From Octopus vulgaris (Eukaryota), in the NCBI GenBank assembly GCA_951406725.2, contig OX597816.1:91512001-91576000 (forward strand): a stretch of 64,000 nt of DNA, in the 5' to 3' direction. The notes under the pieces are model-generated. The model was not told where the DNA came from. It was given only the letters and a program-made list of their open reading frames with translations, and searched no databases. Positions 1 through 14,729 of the stretch are shown piece after piece; within the stretch, counting starts at the first letter, position 1, and each line of letters starts with the position of its first letter. The position numbers were made by a program, and so were the translations under genes.

Positions 1-99
1 CATAGTTTTTTTTTTACTCAATTAAAACTATGTTCGGTTTCTTATTCTCTATCTCATGGTCGCACTGAATCATAAAATCCCATAAGATCTTTGCATTTC

Positions 100-268
100 T
101 ATTTTCGACGATGCTTTCAGGTTTGTGGTTGTATCAATTTTTTGCTGTCAAGCCCATACTTTTTGCAGAATATCCAATGGACCATCCTAGCTATATTGTC
201 GTGGCGTCTCTTATATTCCTTCTGGGCTAGTGGCGTACATTGGCTGGTAATATGCTATACGGTTTCAA
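100..268 (-). mobile_element. R4/Dong-type non-LTR retrotransposon fragment (CCHC/RHD region)
   Basis: Minus-strand translation ETV*HITSQCTPLAQKEYKRRHDNIARMVHW resembles the zinc-knuckle/RHD region of REL-endonuclease LINEs; ends at a (TAA)n run. Confidence 0.7.
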
Positions 269-269
269 T

Positions 270-2360
270 TATTATTATTATTTTAAATAAAATATGGTCC
301 GTTGTCTTCTGCTGAACTGGAGTCATCCTTTGGCCATAGGTCACAGCAGGTCCTCATCTCATGAGAGTACACAGCGTAGAATGTATGCGGAACCTAGCAA
401 CACTATTTTCTGAAGTTCTCCCACGTTAACACTGCAAAGGAATTTGTTGAGCTGCTTATAAAGCCCTTTTTTAATTAGCCCTTACGCTCCAGTCACCACT
501 GGTGCTGTGCTGCTTTTCATTCCCCACATCTTGGTCACTTCTATTTCTAGGTCTTTGTATTTAAGTAACTTCACAACTTCTTTAATGAACACATTTCTCT
601 CTGGTGGTACTGTCACATCTATCATTAAGCATTTCTTATTCTTCCCATCTTTGATGATTATGTCCGGCCTGTTTGCCTTGATTTCTTTATCGGTGTTGAT
701 TGGCATGTCCCAGAGTACAGTTACATCATCTTTTCCAGTCACAGTTTCAGGTTTATGCTGATACCATCTTTCTGAAGTTGGAAGCTGATAGTGTTTACAT
801 ATCTTCCAATGGATATATTTCGCTCCTCAATCGTGTCTATGGATATATTCAGTTTTTGCAAGCGCTGTGCATCCAGTTAAGACGTGGTCCACTGTTTCAT
901 CCTGCTCATGACACATTCTGCATTTCAGGTCAGTGCCATCGTTCATCATTTTGCTGTGGTAAGCCCTGGTTGCCAAGCTTTGATCTTGTGCTGCTATGAT
1001 AAAACCTTCGGTTTCAGCCTTCAGTCCTGAGCTCTTCATCCATACATGAGTGTCTCGTTTTTCTACGTCTGGTTTGTTCACTCTACATGGGTATCGGCCA
1101 TGCATCGGTTTTTCCAGCCATTCTTCTTTGCTCTTCTTCTGGGCTTGTTTTACATCTATTCATTAACTCTTTTAGCAAACTGGGTTACTTTCTCACTTGC
1201 CTTTATCCTAGGTTCCTCCGTCATCAGTTGTTTCTTAAACTGTATAGATTTTTTGTATACCGAGTATAGCTTCTTTACTTTATCATGCTGGTGCACAAGC
1301 TTCATTAGAGGATCTTTTGACAGCTCAAGATATGTATTTAATCCTACAGTGATGGTTTTGTAAGATAATTCTGAGTTAGTCCACTTCCTCCCGTGCTTAT
1401 CGGTAAATAAATCCTGTTCACGTCCGCTTTTGGGTGGTTCATTCGAGCCATGGTTAGTAGTTTTCTTGTCTTGGAGTGTAGCTTCTTTATTTCGCTCATT
1501 TGCCAGTTGATTATGTTGAAACTGTAAGCTACGATTGGTACTGCATGAGTGTTAATGGCTTCTATTTTGTTTGCAGCGTTGAGTTCAGTCTTTGTTACGA
1601 ACCGTACTCTTTTCTAATCTTCTCTTTCACTGCTGAATGTTTTATGCCGTTACTTTCGTCTATGCTAAGGTATTTATATGCTTCTTCCTGGTCCAGTGCT
1701 CGGATTCATGCTTCTATATCTACGTGGATATCCGCAGAAGATGCCAGTTTGCTTCTTATGAAAGTGGCTTTCGTGCATTTGTCCAGTTCAAACTGCATCC
1801 TGATATCATCACTGAACTTTTTAATCGTAGCAAGTAGACCTTCTTGTTGTTCGTCATTTTTTTAGTACATTTTCAGATCATCCGTACAGAACAGATGACA
1901 TCCCCTTTTTTCTTCTTGATCTCATATCTATACCCGGTTTTGTTGAGCATGTTACTTAATGGTGCCAGTGCCAAGCAGAATATTAAGGGTGATAGCGAGT
2001 CCCCTTGGAAGATACCACTTTTGATTTTGATTGGTCTGCTTGTTATTGATCCACTGGAATGGTTCAGCGTCAACGTAGTTTCCCATGTATTCATGCTGTG
2101 TTTCATAAACTTGGTTAGAGTTGGGGATAATTTGTATACTTCCATCACTTTCAGAATCCATGAGTGAGGTACACTATCGAACGCCTTTTTATAGTCGATC
2201 CATGATGTGCTCAGGTTCGTTTTCCTGGTTTTGCAGTCATCAAGGATCATTTTCTTTATTAGCAACTGGTTCTTGCATCCGTAGTTCCCTCTTCGACAAC
2301 CTTTTTGTTCTGGTGGTAGTAGGTTGTTTTCTTCTAGGAATGTGTATATTCTTTCAGTGT
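270..2360 (-). mobile_element. 5'-truncated, decayed R4/Dong-clade LINE (RT + CCHC + REL endonuclease)
   Basis: ORF pieces WIDYKKAFDSVPHSW and GIFQGDSLSPLIFCLAL (RT), CRMC..ETVDHVLTGC..YIHRHD (zinc knuckle), LWDMPINTDKEIKANRPDII..DVTVP..KYKDL (REL). Frameshifted; 3' end at (TAA)n. Confidence 0.9.
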
Positions 2361-2378
2361 TAACAAGAATAGTATTGA

Positions 2379-2422
2379 CAATGACTTTGAAGTTTCGGCT
2401 TGCTTAGCCTTCATCGGACAGC
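2379..2422 (-). ncRNA. degenerate type I hammerhead ribozyme motif
   Basis: Minus strand ggctgt-CCGATGA-a-ggct/agcc-GAAA-cttcaaag-TC-attgtc. Core has a U4->C change and stem I has one mismatch. Confidence 0.45.
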
Positions 2423-2465
2423 CAGATGAAGTCTAAGCAATCCGAAGTTTTGCAATCACTCTCAA

Positions 2466-2830
2466 CGCGCAGGAGTGGCTGTGGTAAGAAGCTTGCTTCC
2501 TAACCACATGCTTCCAGGTTCAGTCCCACTGCGTGGCACTTTGGGCAAGTACCTTCTACTATAGCCTCAAGCCAACTAAAGCCGTGTGAGTAGATTTGGT
2601 AGAGGGAAGCTGAAAGAAGGCTGTCGTATGTGTGTGTGTATGTGTGTGTGTGTGTGTGTGTTTGTCACCCCACTATCGCTTGACAACCGATGTTGGTGTG
2701 TTTACGTCCCCGTAACTTATCGGTTCGGCAAAAGAGACCGATAAAATAAGTACTAGGCTTACAAAGACTAAATTCTGGTGTTCCAGCATGGCCACAGTCA
2801 AATGCCTGAAACAAGCAAAAGAATAAAAGG
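2466..2830 (+). mobile_element. tRNA-derived SINE with CORE-like segment and internal (TG)n
   Basis: Head ggagtggctgtggtaagaagcttgct..ggttcagtccc (A/B-box-like), then tgggcaagt. Related copies at about 26500-26990(-), 28420-28552(-), 40780-41045(+) and 50440-50910(-). Confidence 0.75.
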
Positions 2831-2853
2831 AAAAAGAGTGTGTGTGTGTGTGA

Positions 2854-2932
<79 letters not shown>

Positions 2933-3979
2933 TGTTACTAAGTAATTCAACATTATTACAAAGCATATCATTTATCTTACTCTCTCTTATTGCACCTCCT
3001 CACAGTACAACATAAGTGAAGCATTTCTTAATTTCTAATACCTTTTATTACTTCGTCAATCCGATGAATATTTTTTTTTTTTGCGCCATTATAAAACCCA
3101 ACACTAATTTACCAACTTCACTCTTAGAAACCTGAATACCAAATTGTGCTTTAATGCTTCTTTCATGTAACACACTGTGAAATTTTCCTTGTCTTCCAGC
3201 ATAATGTGGGTAACCTTCTTTATTAGCTTCTTTAGTAGCACGCACATAGTTTGGTCGGACTTAATTCCAGTTCTAAGAGCCTCTTCAACGATGTATGCCG
3301 TTCGTACCTTTCATTTCTTCCGAGTCATTAACGTTGTTATTCCCAGGAACACGCTTCTTGAACTCTGACAATCTAAAGGGCAGTATAAAACACAGAAGGT
3401 ATGACAAATCATCGACATAATGACTTGACCTTTCTCATAATCTATCTAATCGGCTCATTTACTCTGCACCTATTAAAGAAAGGTTGCAAATATGAAATGT
3501 CCTCTTTTAATAGCACAATATTCTATCTCGTCTGGTTATAACCAGCACAACAATATCACCGAAGATGTTATTGTTAGATTCAGATACATTAACTTACCAC
3601 CATAATATATGGTAGTGCACTTAAATAACCTTGTTTTACTGTTGGGCTTTCTGACTAATTCGAAATATATGGAAGAATTATGTGCAATGAATAATAATAA
3701 TACTTCTGAATAATAATAATACTTCCTACTATAGATAATATAATAATAATAATAATACTTCCTGAATAATAATAATACTTCCTACTATAGATACAAGGCC
3801 AGAAATTTTGTAGGAAAGAGTCTATTAATTACACCAACCCTAGTGTTAAACTGGAACTTAAGGATGAAAAGCAAAATCAACCTTGGCGACATTTGAACTT
3901 AGAATGTAAGACGGATGAAATGTCTTTAAGCATTTTGTTCAACGCGCTAACGTTCTAGCACACATTATTATTATTGTTG

Positions 3980-4032
<53 letters not shown>

Positions 4033-4034
4033 GA

Positions 4035-4245
4035 AGTGGCAAGCTGGCAGAATTGTTAGCACGCTGGATGAAATGCTTAGCGATATTTCGCCCGTCGCTA
4101 CGTTATGAGTTCAAATTCTGCCGAGGTTGATTTTACTTTTCATCCTTTCGGGATCGATAAATTAAGTATCAGTGAAACACTGGGATCGATGTAATCGACT
4201 CTTCCCTGCCGTCAAAATTGCTGCCCTTGTGGCAAATGTTGAAAC
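4035..4245 (+). mobile_element. tRNA-derived SINE, second family
   Basis: ggcaagctggcagaattgttagc..gagttcaaattc..ctttcatcctttcggg; follows (TTA)n. Copies at about 3790-3960(-), 6915-7125, 36507-36715, 40015-40165 and 60470-60600. Confidence 0.75.
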
Positions 4246-4411
4246 CATTATTATTGTTGTTGTTGACACCCCGGGCAGAATGCTTAGCGGCATTTCGTCC
4301 GTCTTTACGCTGCGAGATCAAATTCTGCTTTCGGAGTCGATAAAAAGAGTATCGGTTGAGTACAGGAGTCAATGTAATAGGCTTATTCCCTCCCCCGAAT
4401 TCGCTGGCCTT

Positions 4412-4640
4412 GAGTGAGAGAGCAGTGTATGCCATCAAAGTGACACTGGGGTAAAATATACGAAGCCCAGTATACCCATCATGATTACCCGTCTGATAAC
4501 GGTATATCAGGCACATGCATCATAACCATACGTGCTCGATACAGTGATCTCATACCAAGATAAACAGTGCACGATCTTGCGGGTGAGGTCCTGTTAGAAT
4601 TTTCGTCAGTTTGAGTAGCCCTTTGTTTAAGGACGACGAA
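4412..4640. repeat. unclassified interspersed repeat, usually abutting (TAA)n
   Basis: gagtgagagagcagtg..catcaaagtgacactgggg recurs at 7143-7235 and in reverse complement at about 28830-29467. Confidence 0.7.
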
Positions 4641-4949
4641 GGAATTACCCATGAAGACTTGTATGTCAATGATGATCCCACCCGATCACATATCGCCCAG
4701 AACAAACAGCACTCCAGAAATACCTATATGTCCTTCAACACTAAGTCAATGCTTTTTTTTTTTTTCTGCAAGAAAACTACAAACGAAAACTGAGAGTGGA
4801 ACTGTCCAACTAGAAAGGGCTATCTCTTTCTCGCCAACTTTCAAGAAATTTACTAGAGGTCAGCATTTCCTCTCTCCCCTCCCATCTTCCTTTTCGAATC
4901 ATTGTTTCAAAGATTTATGATAGCTTACTAGAAAATATAAAATATCCAC

Positions 4950-6200
4950 TGTAGGGTTACTAAAATATCTATTGCAGAATCATGGAAACTTAATGCAAAT
5001 ATGAAACATTTTCTTGTCTTCAATGGAGTTAACATCAAAAACAAAGGCTCAAATAACAGGTATTTGTGGGAAGAAAGGGAAAAGAATAAAAATAAACTCT
5101 GAAAAGGATAAAAACTATGCTAGAAATCGGGTTGCAAATGCTACGCTAAAGTAACAGCAAGAAATGTGATGGAAATAGTTGTTAACAATCACCTTCTCAA
5201 GCATATTGAGTCCCTCTCCTCTCTCAAAGACTACCATTATAGCTTCTATATAACCAAATCTACAAGATTTTTTTTAGCTCATTCATCATTTGTTTCTCAC
5301 CTACAAGAAATTCAGCGAAATTAATGTTGCACTTGATATCAGGAAAATACTAAGCAACACAGTACTCTAGCTAACCCTATGAGCTTCGACCATCTTTGAT
5401 CTCTTCAATTCGAATCCTCCTGTCAGATCGCAACATCACAACGCACACTGATGAAGTCTTCCTTGAACCATGGTCTATCCACTCTGAACTTATAAGTTTC
5501 AGTTATTTCTCCCACACATCTTCTACTTGTACATTTATAGCATACTTGCTGGCACCACTTATCACGCTCATTCCTGTGCAGATTACACAAATTTTTCCTC
5601 CTACGCTTCTACATATAAACATCAATATAGAACTTAGACATCTGCTAAATAATACTCTCTTCATGAACAGGCATCTCGAAACTTCCTCCAACGATGCATG
5701 ACAATCTAGTATCTTTCAGCGACAAACACACACAGTCACTACTCTAGCCACTCATCGACAACAGGCAATTAAATTTTTCAAAGTCCTTATAAATGCTGGA
5801 CTCACAATCTCTGGTTGATCTTTATTGACAACTTCCACATATGTAACAGCTAAAAAAAAAATACATCCCAAAAACTAGCTTTTCACTGCACAGTCAGGAA
5901 ATTCTTTAGCTCTGGTCAGCTACTGACTCTCTATAAAACTCAAATAACCCCACAATAGAATGCTACTTACATATTTGGGAGAGTGCTGCTGCCATAGTCC
6001 CACATAGCCCTAAACAACGAGAAGAAAGTCATACAATGTATTGAAATAGACTTATTCAGTAACACTCTACAGCATCTAACTGTAGTCTACCACTACAGTG
6101 GATTCTGCTCTTCTGAACTAGCAAGCTGCATACTATCTTTACTCAAGTTCAACTAACACATGTATCCTTTAACATTCCTCTTTCTATATTTTATTCTTCT
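4950..6200 (+). mobile_element. old decayed CR1/Zenon-like LINE fragment
   Basis: Remnant peptides VALDIRK (about 5325) and LYKTQI.PTIECYLHIW.SA (about 5930-5990), like the LYKAQIRP..EYCSHIW motif; related copy at about 25200-25620. Confidence 0.55.
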
Positions 6201-6249
6201 AGCCCTTCACCAATCACTGTTTCCTAGTACATTAACTTGTTGGAATTCC

Positions 6250-6900
6250 TGTCCCACGTTTTGGGGTTGTGCCGAACAGCTGCTGTCGTGTGTGGGACGG
6301 ATCTGTCTATCGGCCTAGTCCATAGTGATGATTGCCCCGCCGCCCTCCTTTCATCGGGTAGGCTAGGTAGGTTTTCCTTTGCCTGGTAACTGTGGCGAAA
6401 GAGGTTGCATTATGGACAAGACTGAAAGGCATGAAGACAGACACCTTCCTCTTTGGTAGACGTCTCATTGGCTTCTTCAAGTTTCACTTGGAAAGGAAAT
6501 TGAAGGTGGAGAGGGAAGTTCTGTCCTCGAGTGAGTTTGCTGAAAGGTGAATGAAAGTTGCGAAAATGGATGGTACTAAGTGTAGACTTGTGAATCTGAG
6601 AAAGGAAACTGGAGAGGGCACTTGCTCTTGGTGTTCAGGAAGATCTTCGACAGGTGGGTTCCTCGATTATCTCTAGAAGTCAGCTTGTATCAGGAGAACT
6701 ACATCTCTATCATCCCCTCCTTTTTTTAACCTTTGTATACTATGTATATTTCCCTTCTTTTTCATTGTAAACCGTGTATACTTTTTCATATATTTATTTA
6801 TTTTGTCATTTCATTATATGTAAACTCCCACACTTTATGCCTGTTTTGTATTGTCCCCCTTGTCCTTCACCCTGGTGGTAAATAAACTAAATCATTATCA
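6250..6900 (+). mobile_element. Tx1/L1-like LINE 3' end
   Basis: VAKEVALWTRLKG..FFKFHLERKLKVERE..FAER*, then a T-rich 3' UTR, AATAAA and an (ATT)n tail. Confidence 0.5.
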
Positions 6901-7255
6901 TTATTATTATTGAAGGTGCTGGGCTGGTAGAATCGTAAGCACTTCGGGGAAAAATGCTTAGCGGCATTTCGTCCGTCGCTACAGTGAGTTCAAATTCCGC
7001 TGAGGTCGGCTTTGCTTTTCATCCTTTCGGGGTCTATAAAATAAGTACCATTTGAACACTGGGGTCGATGTAATAGATTTACCTTCTCCTTGAAATTGCT
7101 AGCCTTGTGCCAAAATTTTAAACCATTAATATTATTATTATCGAGTGAGAGAGCAATGCATGCCATCAAAGTGATACTGGGGTACAAACATACGAAGCCC
7201 AATATACCCATCATGACTACTCATCTGATAAAGGTACATTTATGTATGTATGTGA

Positions 7256-7410
7256 AGGTACGTGGCTTAGTGGTTAGGGTATTTGACTCACGATCGTAAC
7301 GTCATGAGTTCAATTACCGGCGGTACGTTGTGTCCTTAAGCAAAACACTATATTTCACGTTGCTCCAGTCCACTCAGCTGGTAAAAATAAGCAGTACCTG
7401 TATTTCAAAT
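7256..7410 (+). mobile_element. tRNA-derived SINE, third family
   Basis: cgtggcttagtggttaggg..gagttcaatt..gtgtccttaagcaa; reverse copies at about 39450-39620 and 56290-56475. Confidence 0.65.
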
Positions 7411-7480
7411 AATCAGCCTTTTCATATACACATACATACATACATACATACATACATACATACATACATACATACATACA

Positions 7481-7515
<35 letters not shown>

Positions 7516-7754
7516 GTGTGCATATATGGGTACAGGACGTCACCAACTATAAACAACAAGATGTACGAAAACAAACACGTTAAATACGCAAACAGGAGAA
7601 AGAAGTGGAAAACAAGAGAAGTAACACAAAGAGCGACCCGTCGTCAGTTGTCGGCTCATTTTGAGCATTCAACGACAATATGAGTTTTCGAAGTCAGTTG
7701 CTCCCATAAATTCCGAAATAAAAGAGTCAAAGTTGGGAACAAAAACAGGACAGT

Positions 7755-7990
<236 letters not shown>

Positions 7991-8724
7991 TAGTAGAAAA
8001 TATAGATTCAGGGTATCATACAGTTATCACAGTAAGCTCTTCATTCAGAATCAGCTGTCAGTAGTCTCTGTAGAAGTTGATTAATGTGCTGCGTAATGTA
8101 ACATGTCCATGTAAATGGACATAGAGAGAATATGAACAATTAATTTATTGCGCGAAGAGTAAATAAAACAAAATCAGGTGTGAGCGGTGAAGATAGAAAC
8201 TTGATGCATTCAAAGCCACTCATGAGTATTTTTGAAGTTAGTTATACTAAAAAAAATACTCCTTCAAAGTTTTCTGGGTGACTGTGATTTAAGTTATGGT
8301 ATATTTTTAAATGTTCTTCATCAACATCTTATCGATTACCTATATTTTGTGTAGTATTTCAATCTCTTTCTTCTCATACAGCAAACCTTCATTGCTCTGT
8401 TGGGTTTTATTGGTTCTCGTCTTTATTTGACAATGGATTCTTTGTTGTTTCGTCAAGTGGAATTCTCTTCGTTTTGTACATCCTTTAACTTTAGTCGTGC
8501 TTCTTCTGTTTCTTCTTTTCTTTTCTCTGCAACATTCTGGCATCTTCTATTTGATCCCGCATCGTAAATGAAGTGGCACTGACGAGAGTAAAGAGCCAGT
8601 ATTGTTCGTGTCAGTGACCGAAGGCGAGGCTATCTTCTTTGCCATTTGCAGAGCTCTGACTGGCAACGCTTTTGGAACATAGCTGCAAGATCTGTTCTCG
8701 TTGTTGGTTCTATTGCAGTTCAGT

Positions 8725-8770
<46 letters not shown>

Positions 8771-8782
8771 ACTGTCTGTCTG

Positions 8783-8819
<37 letters not shown>

Positions 8820-8820
8820 G

Positions 8821-8879
<59 letters not shown>

Positions 8880-8989
8880 CTTTGCTTCACCTGTTTTCTA
8901 AGCAAGAAGACCAATTATTCATATACAGACAACAGATTAGACTTCGAAAAGAAAAGAATCCTAACATCGGGCTACAAGAAGTTGCCTTA

Positions 8990-11280
8990 GATGCCAAGAA
9001 CACTCCTATTGGGTTTTGGGTTACAACAAGTAACCTTAGATGCCAAGAACCTTCCTAAGTATCTTAGCTGTTCCTAATTGTTTTTTGCAGCTGTACTAAA
9101 CTAGGTTTTATGTCTGTTTTCTCTGCACCTATAACTGCTGGGATACATTTTACCTGCACTTTCTATAGTCTTTGTAATTCAATAGCTAGGACCTCGTACT
9201 TCGCTATTTTTCTATACCACTCATATTGATTTTTTTCATCATTTGGGACTGTAAAGTCAATTATCTGGCACTTTCTATTGTCTTTATCTACAACTACTGA
9301 ATCAGGCCTTCTAGCTTCTATTATTCTGTCAGTCTGAATTTTGAAGTCCCACAACATCTTATATTTCTTATTTTCTTGTACTTTACTAAGTTAATGTTCA
9401 TACCATTTATCAGTATGTTCAAATCTTAGCTTTCTACATAACTCCCAGCGGATTATTCTCCCTAAGTTGTCATGTCTTTGCTTGTACTTTTTATGTGCCA
9501 GTATGCTACATTCGCTTACTATATAAGTAACGCTTTCCTCTTTTGGTTTGCATAGCCTATATTGAAACTCTACTTGTTTTTTTTCTATCTTGACTTTATC
9601 CAATTAGTCCTTAATGCTTGGTCTTGTGCTGCTATTAACAAACTTTCTGTCTCCCTCTTCAGCCTTCCTTTCTTCTTTGTCTATATATGAATGATGATGC
9701 GTTCCTCTAGCAGTCTTCCTGCAACCTTTCTGTTCTTCTGGTTGTAAATTCTGATTGTCAAAGTGCTCATAAAAGCTTTCTGAAAGCATTCCTGTTAACA
9801 GCTTCCACACTGATGGTAAGCAAGTGATTCGTCTATAGTTGCTAGCTGTATTACTCTTGCTCTTATCCTTCATAATAAGCATTGTTCTCCCTCTAGCCAT
9901 CCAATCTGGTATTATTCCTCCATTAAGGCAATCCTGAAGTTGTTCCCTTAGCCTCCCATGTAAAATACTAAATTTCTTTAGCCAGTACCCTTGAACTAAA
10001 TCCGTTCTTAGGCCCTTCCAAGTCGGAATTTTTCCTAACACTTTACTCATTTATGCACTAGTTAATCTTAGATGTGGCTGCTTTTCACTGACTACTTCTT
10101 CCCTCGCTTTCTTTTACCATACTGCATCTTCATTATGATCGACTAGTTTATCCCAAATATTACTCCAGAACTTTCTAGCTTCCTGTGCATTAGGTTTCTC
10201 ATCTTCAGTACTTCGTTCTCCACTTTTTATTTGGTTATAAAATCTCCTCTGTCTGTCTCGAATAATCTATTCTGTTGATACTGATCTATTCTTTTCCGAT
10301 ATCTGGAGAGCTTGCCAGCTACTGCTATGATACGCTGTTTCAACTCTTCTATTACTGTCCCCAATCCTTTCTCTCTGACTAAATATCTTTTCTCGGGGGA
10401 AGATTTACATCTTGTGTTCCCTAACTTGTTCAGTTTCCAAATTTCTGTTCAACTCAGATCTTACCTTAAAGTCTTCCTTTTATTTTGTAGTCTCCTTTTT
10501 CACATTTTCTCTTTTCTAATCTCTCCCTGTGAGATATCATAATCTTTTGGAGACTACTACCCTTCCTGCTTAGATCAATAAGTTAGTCTCTTCTATATTT
10601 TTAGTATCTATCCTCCCGATAACAGGATCTACTTTCCTAGTCAATTCTTGTAGCTTCCTTCTGTTGTCTTTTAATGCTGGCAATCTTTTTCTTCTTTATT
10701 CATTACTTCCTGCAACTCATCCAAAATCTTCTGATCTTCCTCACTTAAATCACTTAAGTCGTTGGTGCCAGTTGTCCCTTCCTTATTGGGAGCGCTTTTA
10801 TTATTTTTTTACTTTAGGTTCTTCTTTGGTTTGAGATGTTTCTCTTATGTTGTTCGTCTTTCCCACTGCCTGGTCTTTCTTTTCCAGTTCTCTAGTGATA
10901 TCTTCTACCTCCAATTCTGTCATCCACTTTCTTCTCCTAATAGCATTAGCTTGATTAACTAATCTTTGCTCAGTCACTTTAAACATATCCATCTCTACCC
11001 AAAGTGTTAACATCCGTTTTCTATAGCCCCCTTCTTTTAGGTTCACTTTCTAAGTAGCACTGTATCACTATCTTATTTTCTTCGCTGGTCCACTTCCTCC
11101 TCCTTGCTCTATTATCTGCTGATGATGTATTAGGATGACAGATGTGGTCAGTCTGTATCTTTACTGATACGCTGCCGAGCGAGAGGGCTTCCCTTTAAGG
11201 TCCAGTTTCATTTTTGCGGTTACAACCAGAGTTTTTCTGAAACTCTTATCTCTCATAAACTGAGGTAAAATAACGTTCGT
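8990..11280 (-). mobile_element. R4/Dong-clade LINE with N-terminal region, internally deleted
   Basis: N-terminal RRRKWTSEENKIV..GYRKRML..EQRLVNQANAIRR, RT 5' part NYRRITCLPSVWKLLTG..EQKGCRK, then a jump to CRLC..ESV..IVSEC..RHD and LWDFKIQTD..RRPD (REL). Confidence 0.85.
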
Positions 11281-11480
11281 CACCATCGTCATCCCCACTA
11301 TTATTTCTCAGCATCTGAAAGTTTCAAACAACTTTCTCTTACATCATTTGTTGCACCTTTGTGCTGGTGGAGTGGTGTTTGCTGCATATTTTTTGGTGAG
11401 GGAGGGGGGGTATTGTATTGTATCAGTACGTTTTGTTACGGAGTTTTATTGTATCGTATCAGTACATTTTTCTTATTGCA

Positions 11481-11786
<306 letters not shown>

Positions 11787-11789
11787 CTC

Positions 11790-12454
11790 AGATTTTGTTG
11801 GAAGTCCTGGAATTTTGCATGCGGGATGGACTTGCTGCCTCCAGCCTACGGTACCATGCTGTCTGTTCTTTTAAGCCATCTAATACTTTCTTGATTATTC
11901 TGGCCGTATAACAGTCCTACTGGGTACTCTATTCCGATTTCCTTTTCTGATACTGTCCCCAAGGACTCAAAAATAATTCGCAATATCTTCACCTTCTTCA
12001 TTTTCCATAGCCGGGCTATTTCGTACTTAAGAGGGTTGTACTTATCTATTTTCCGACTATCCATGGTCAAAGGGACATGAACATCAACTATATAGCACAT
12101 GTGGTGCATCTCGTCGACCATCACTACGTCTGGTCTGCTAAGCTCTAGCACCTGATCTGTTTGGATTGGGAAATTCCATAGGATTTTGCATGTCTCCGAC
12201 TTCACCAGTCTCTGCGGTTTGTGTTCATACCACGTCTTGCCTCTCTCTAGCCTCCACTTTTCGCACAGTTTCCAATGAGGTAGCACTTTCGCTACCGCAT
12301 CGTGTCGCCACAACTCGTAGTGGTTTTGGGCAAGTCTTGAGTATTCGTATTTGGGCAACGGTTTCGTCCACTCTATTAAAGATGCGGCACAGCGGAGACA
12401 CTTGCTCGTTCCTGAGGTTGACCCTCCAATTCGTGGCCAAAGTTTGGTCTAGCA

Positions 12455-12455
<1 letters not shown>
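11790..12455 (-). mobile_element. R4/Dong LINE 3' fragment
   Basis: PLCRIF..DETVAQI..RHDAVAK..HWKLC..ILWNFPIQTDQVLELSRPDVV..KIDKY; (TAA)n on both sides. Confidence 0.85.
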
Positions 12456-12543
<88 letters not shown>

Positions 12544-12600
12544 TTATTTACTTACATTATTTACATTTGACGGATATTTGTCCTCATTTTGTTTGTTGTT

Positions 12601-12646
12601 AACACAACATTTCGGCTAATATACCCTCCAGCCTTCATCAGGTGTC
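12601..12646 (-). ncRNA. minimal type I hammerhead ribozyme
   Basis: Minus strand GACAC-CTGATGA-a-GGCT(12-nt loop)AGCC-GAAA-TG-TT-GTGTT. Stem I GACAC/GTGTT; minimal stem III. Confidence 0.65.
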
Positions 12647-12707
12647 TTGGGGAAATTTCGAAAATGAGTTCTCATTCCTAAGGTATTTTTTGATGTTGCT
12701 GTTGTTG

Positions 12708-12769
<62 letters not shown>

Positions 12770-12772
<3 letters not shown>

Positions 12773-13235
12773 TAGTTTTATTTTTATAGCGTGCTTTCAC
12801 TTCACTACCGAGCGCAGCTCTGTGTGCCTTGGGTATGTGCTGTGATTTGTTGTGATGCTCTGATGGTTATTGTATGGAAAGTGTTCTGCGTAGGATGTGT
12901 GCAGTGCCTAGTAGTGCAATTTTCTGTATGTTATATGTGTTTGTAAGTCCTGGTGTTTTTGTTATGTATTTGTCTGAATATTTTGTTATCATGCCTAATG
13001 CACCTACTATGATAGGAATTGTTTCTGTTTTCAGGTTCCACATTCTAGTTACCTCTATTTCCAGGTCTTTGTATTTTGAGAGTTTCTCCATTTCTTTTAG
13101 AGACACGTTGTCATCTGCCGGTATTGATACATCAATTAGAAAGCATTTTTTTCTTCATGATCTCTGACAACTATATCTGGTCTGTTGGCCTTAATTTCTC
13201 TATCTGTGTCTATCGGCATATCCCAGAGTATGGGA
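12770..13235 (-). mobile_element. R4/Dong LINE 3' fragment (REL domain + 3' UTR)
   Basis: ILWDMPIDTDREIKANRPDIV..EKLSKYKDLEIE..QKIALLGTAHILRR; near-identical to 13410-13875; flanked by (TAA)n. Confidence 0.9.
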
Positions 13236-14635
<1,400 letters not shown>

Positions 14636-14656
14636 TTATTATTATTATTATTATTA

Positions 14657-14729
<73 letters not shown>

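Noticed and set aside
4035-4120. tRNA gene
   Set aside because: The A/B-box-like head continues into a multi-copy SINE body; no intact cloverleaf.
8311-8720. Possible exon (hydrophobic + strand ORF; charged minus-strand ORF)
   Set aside because: No recognisable domain or convincing splice sites, and stops occur in the extended frames.
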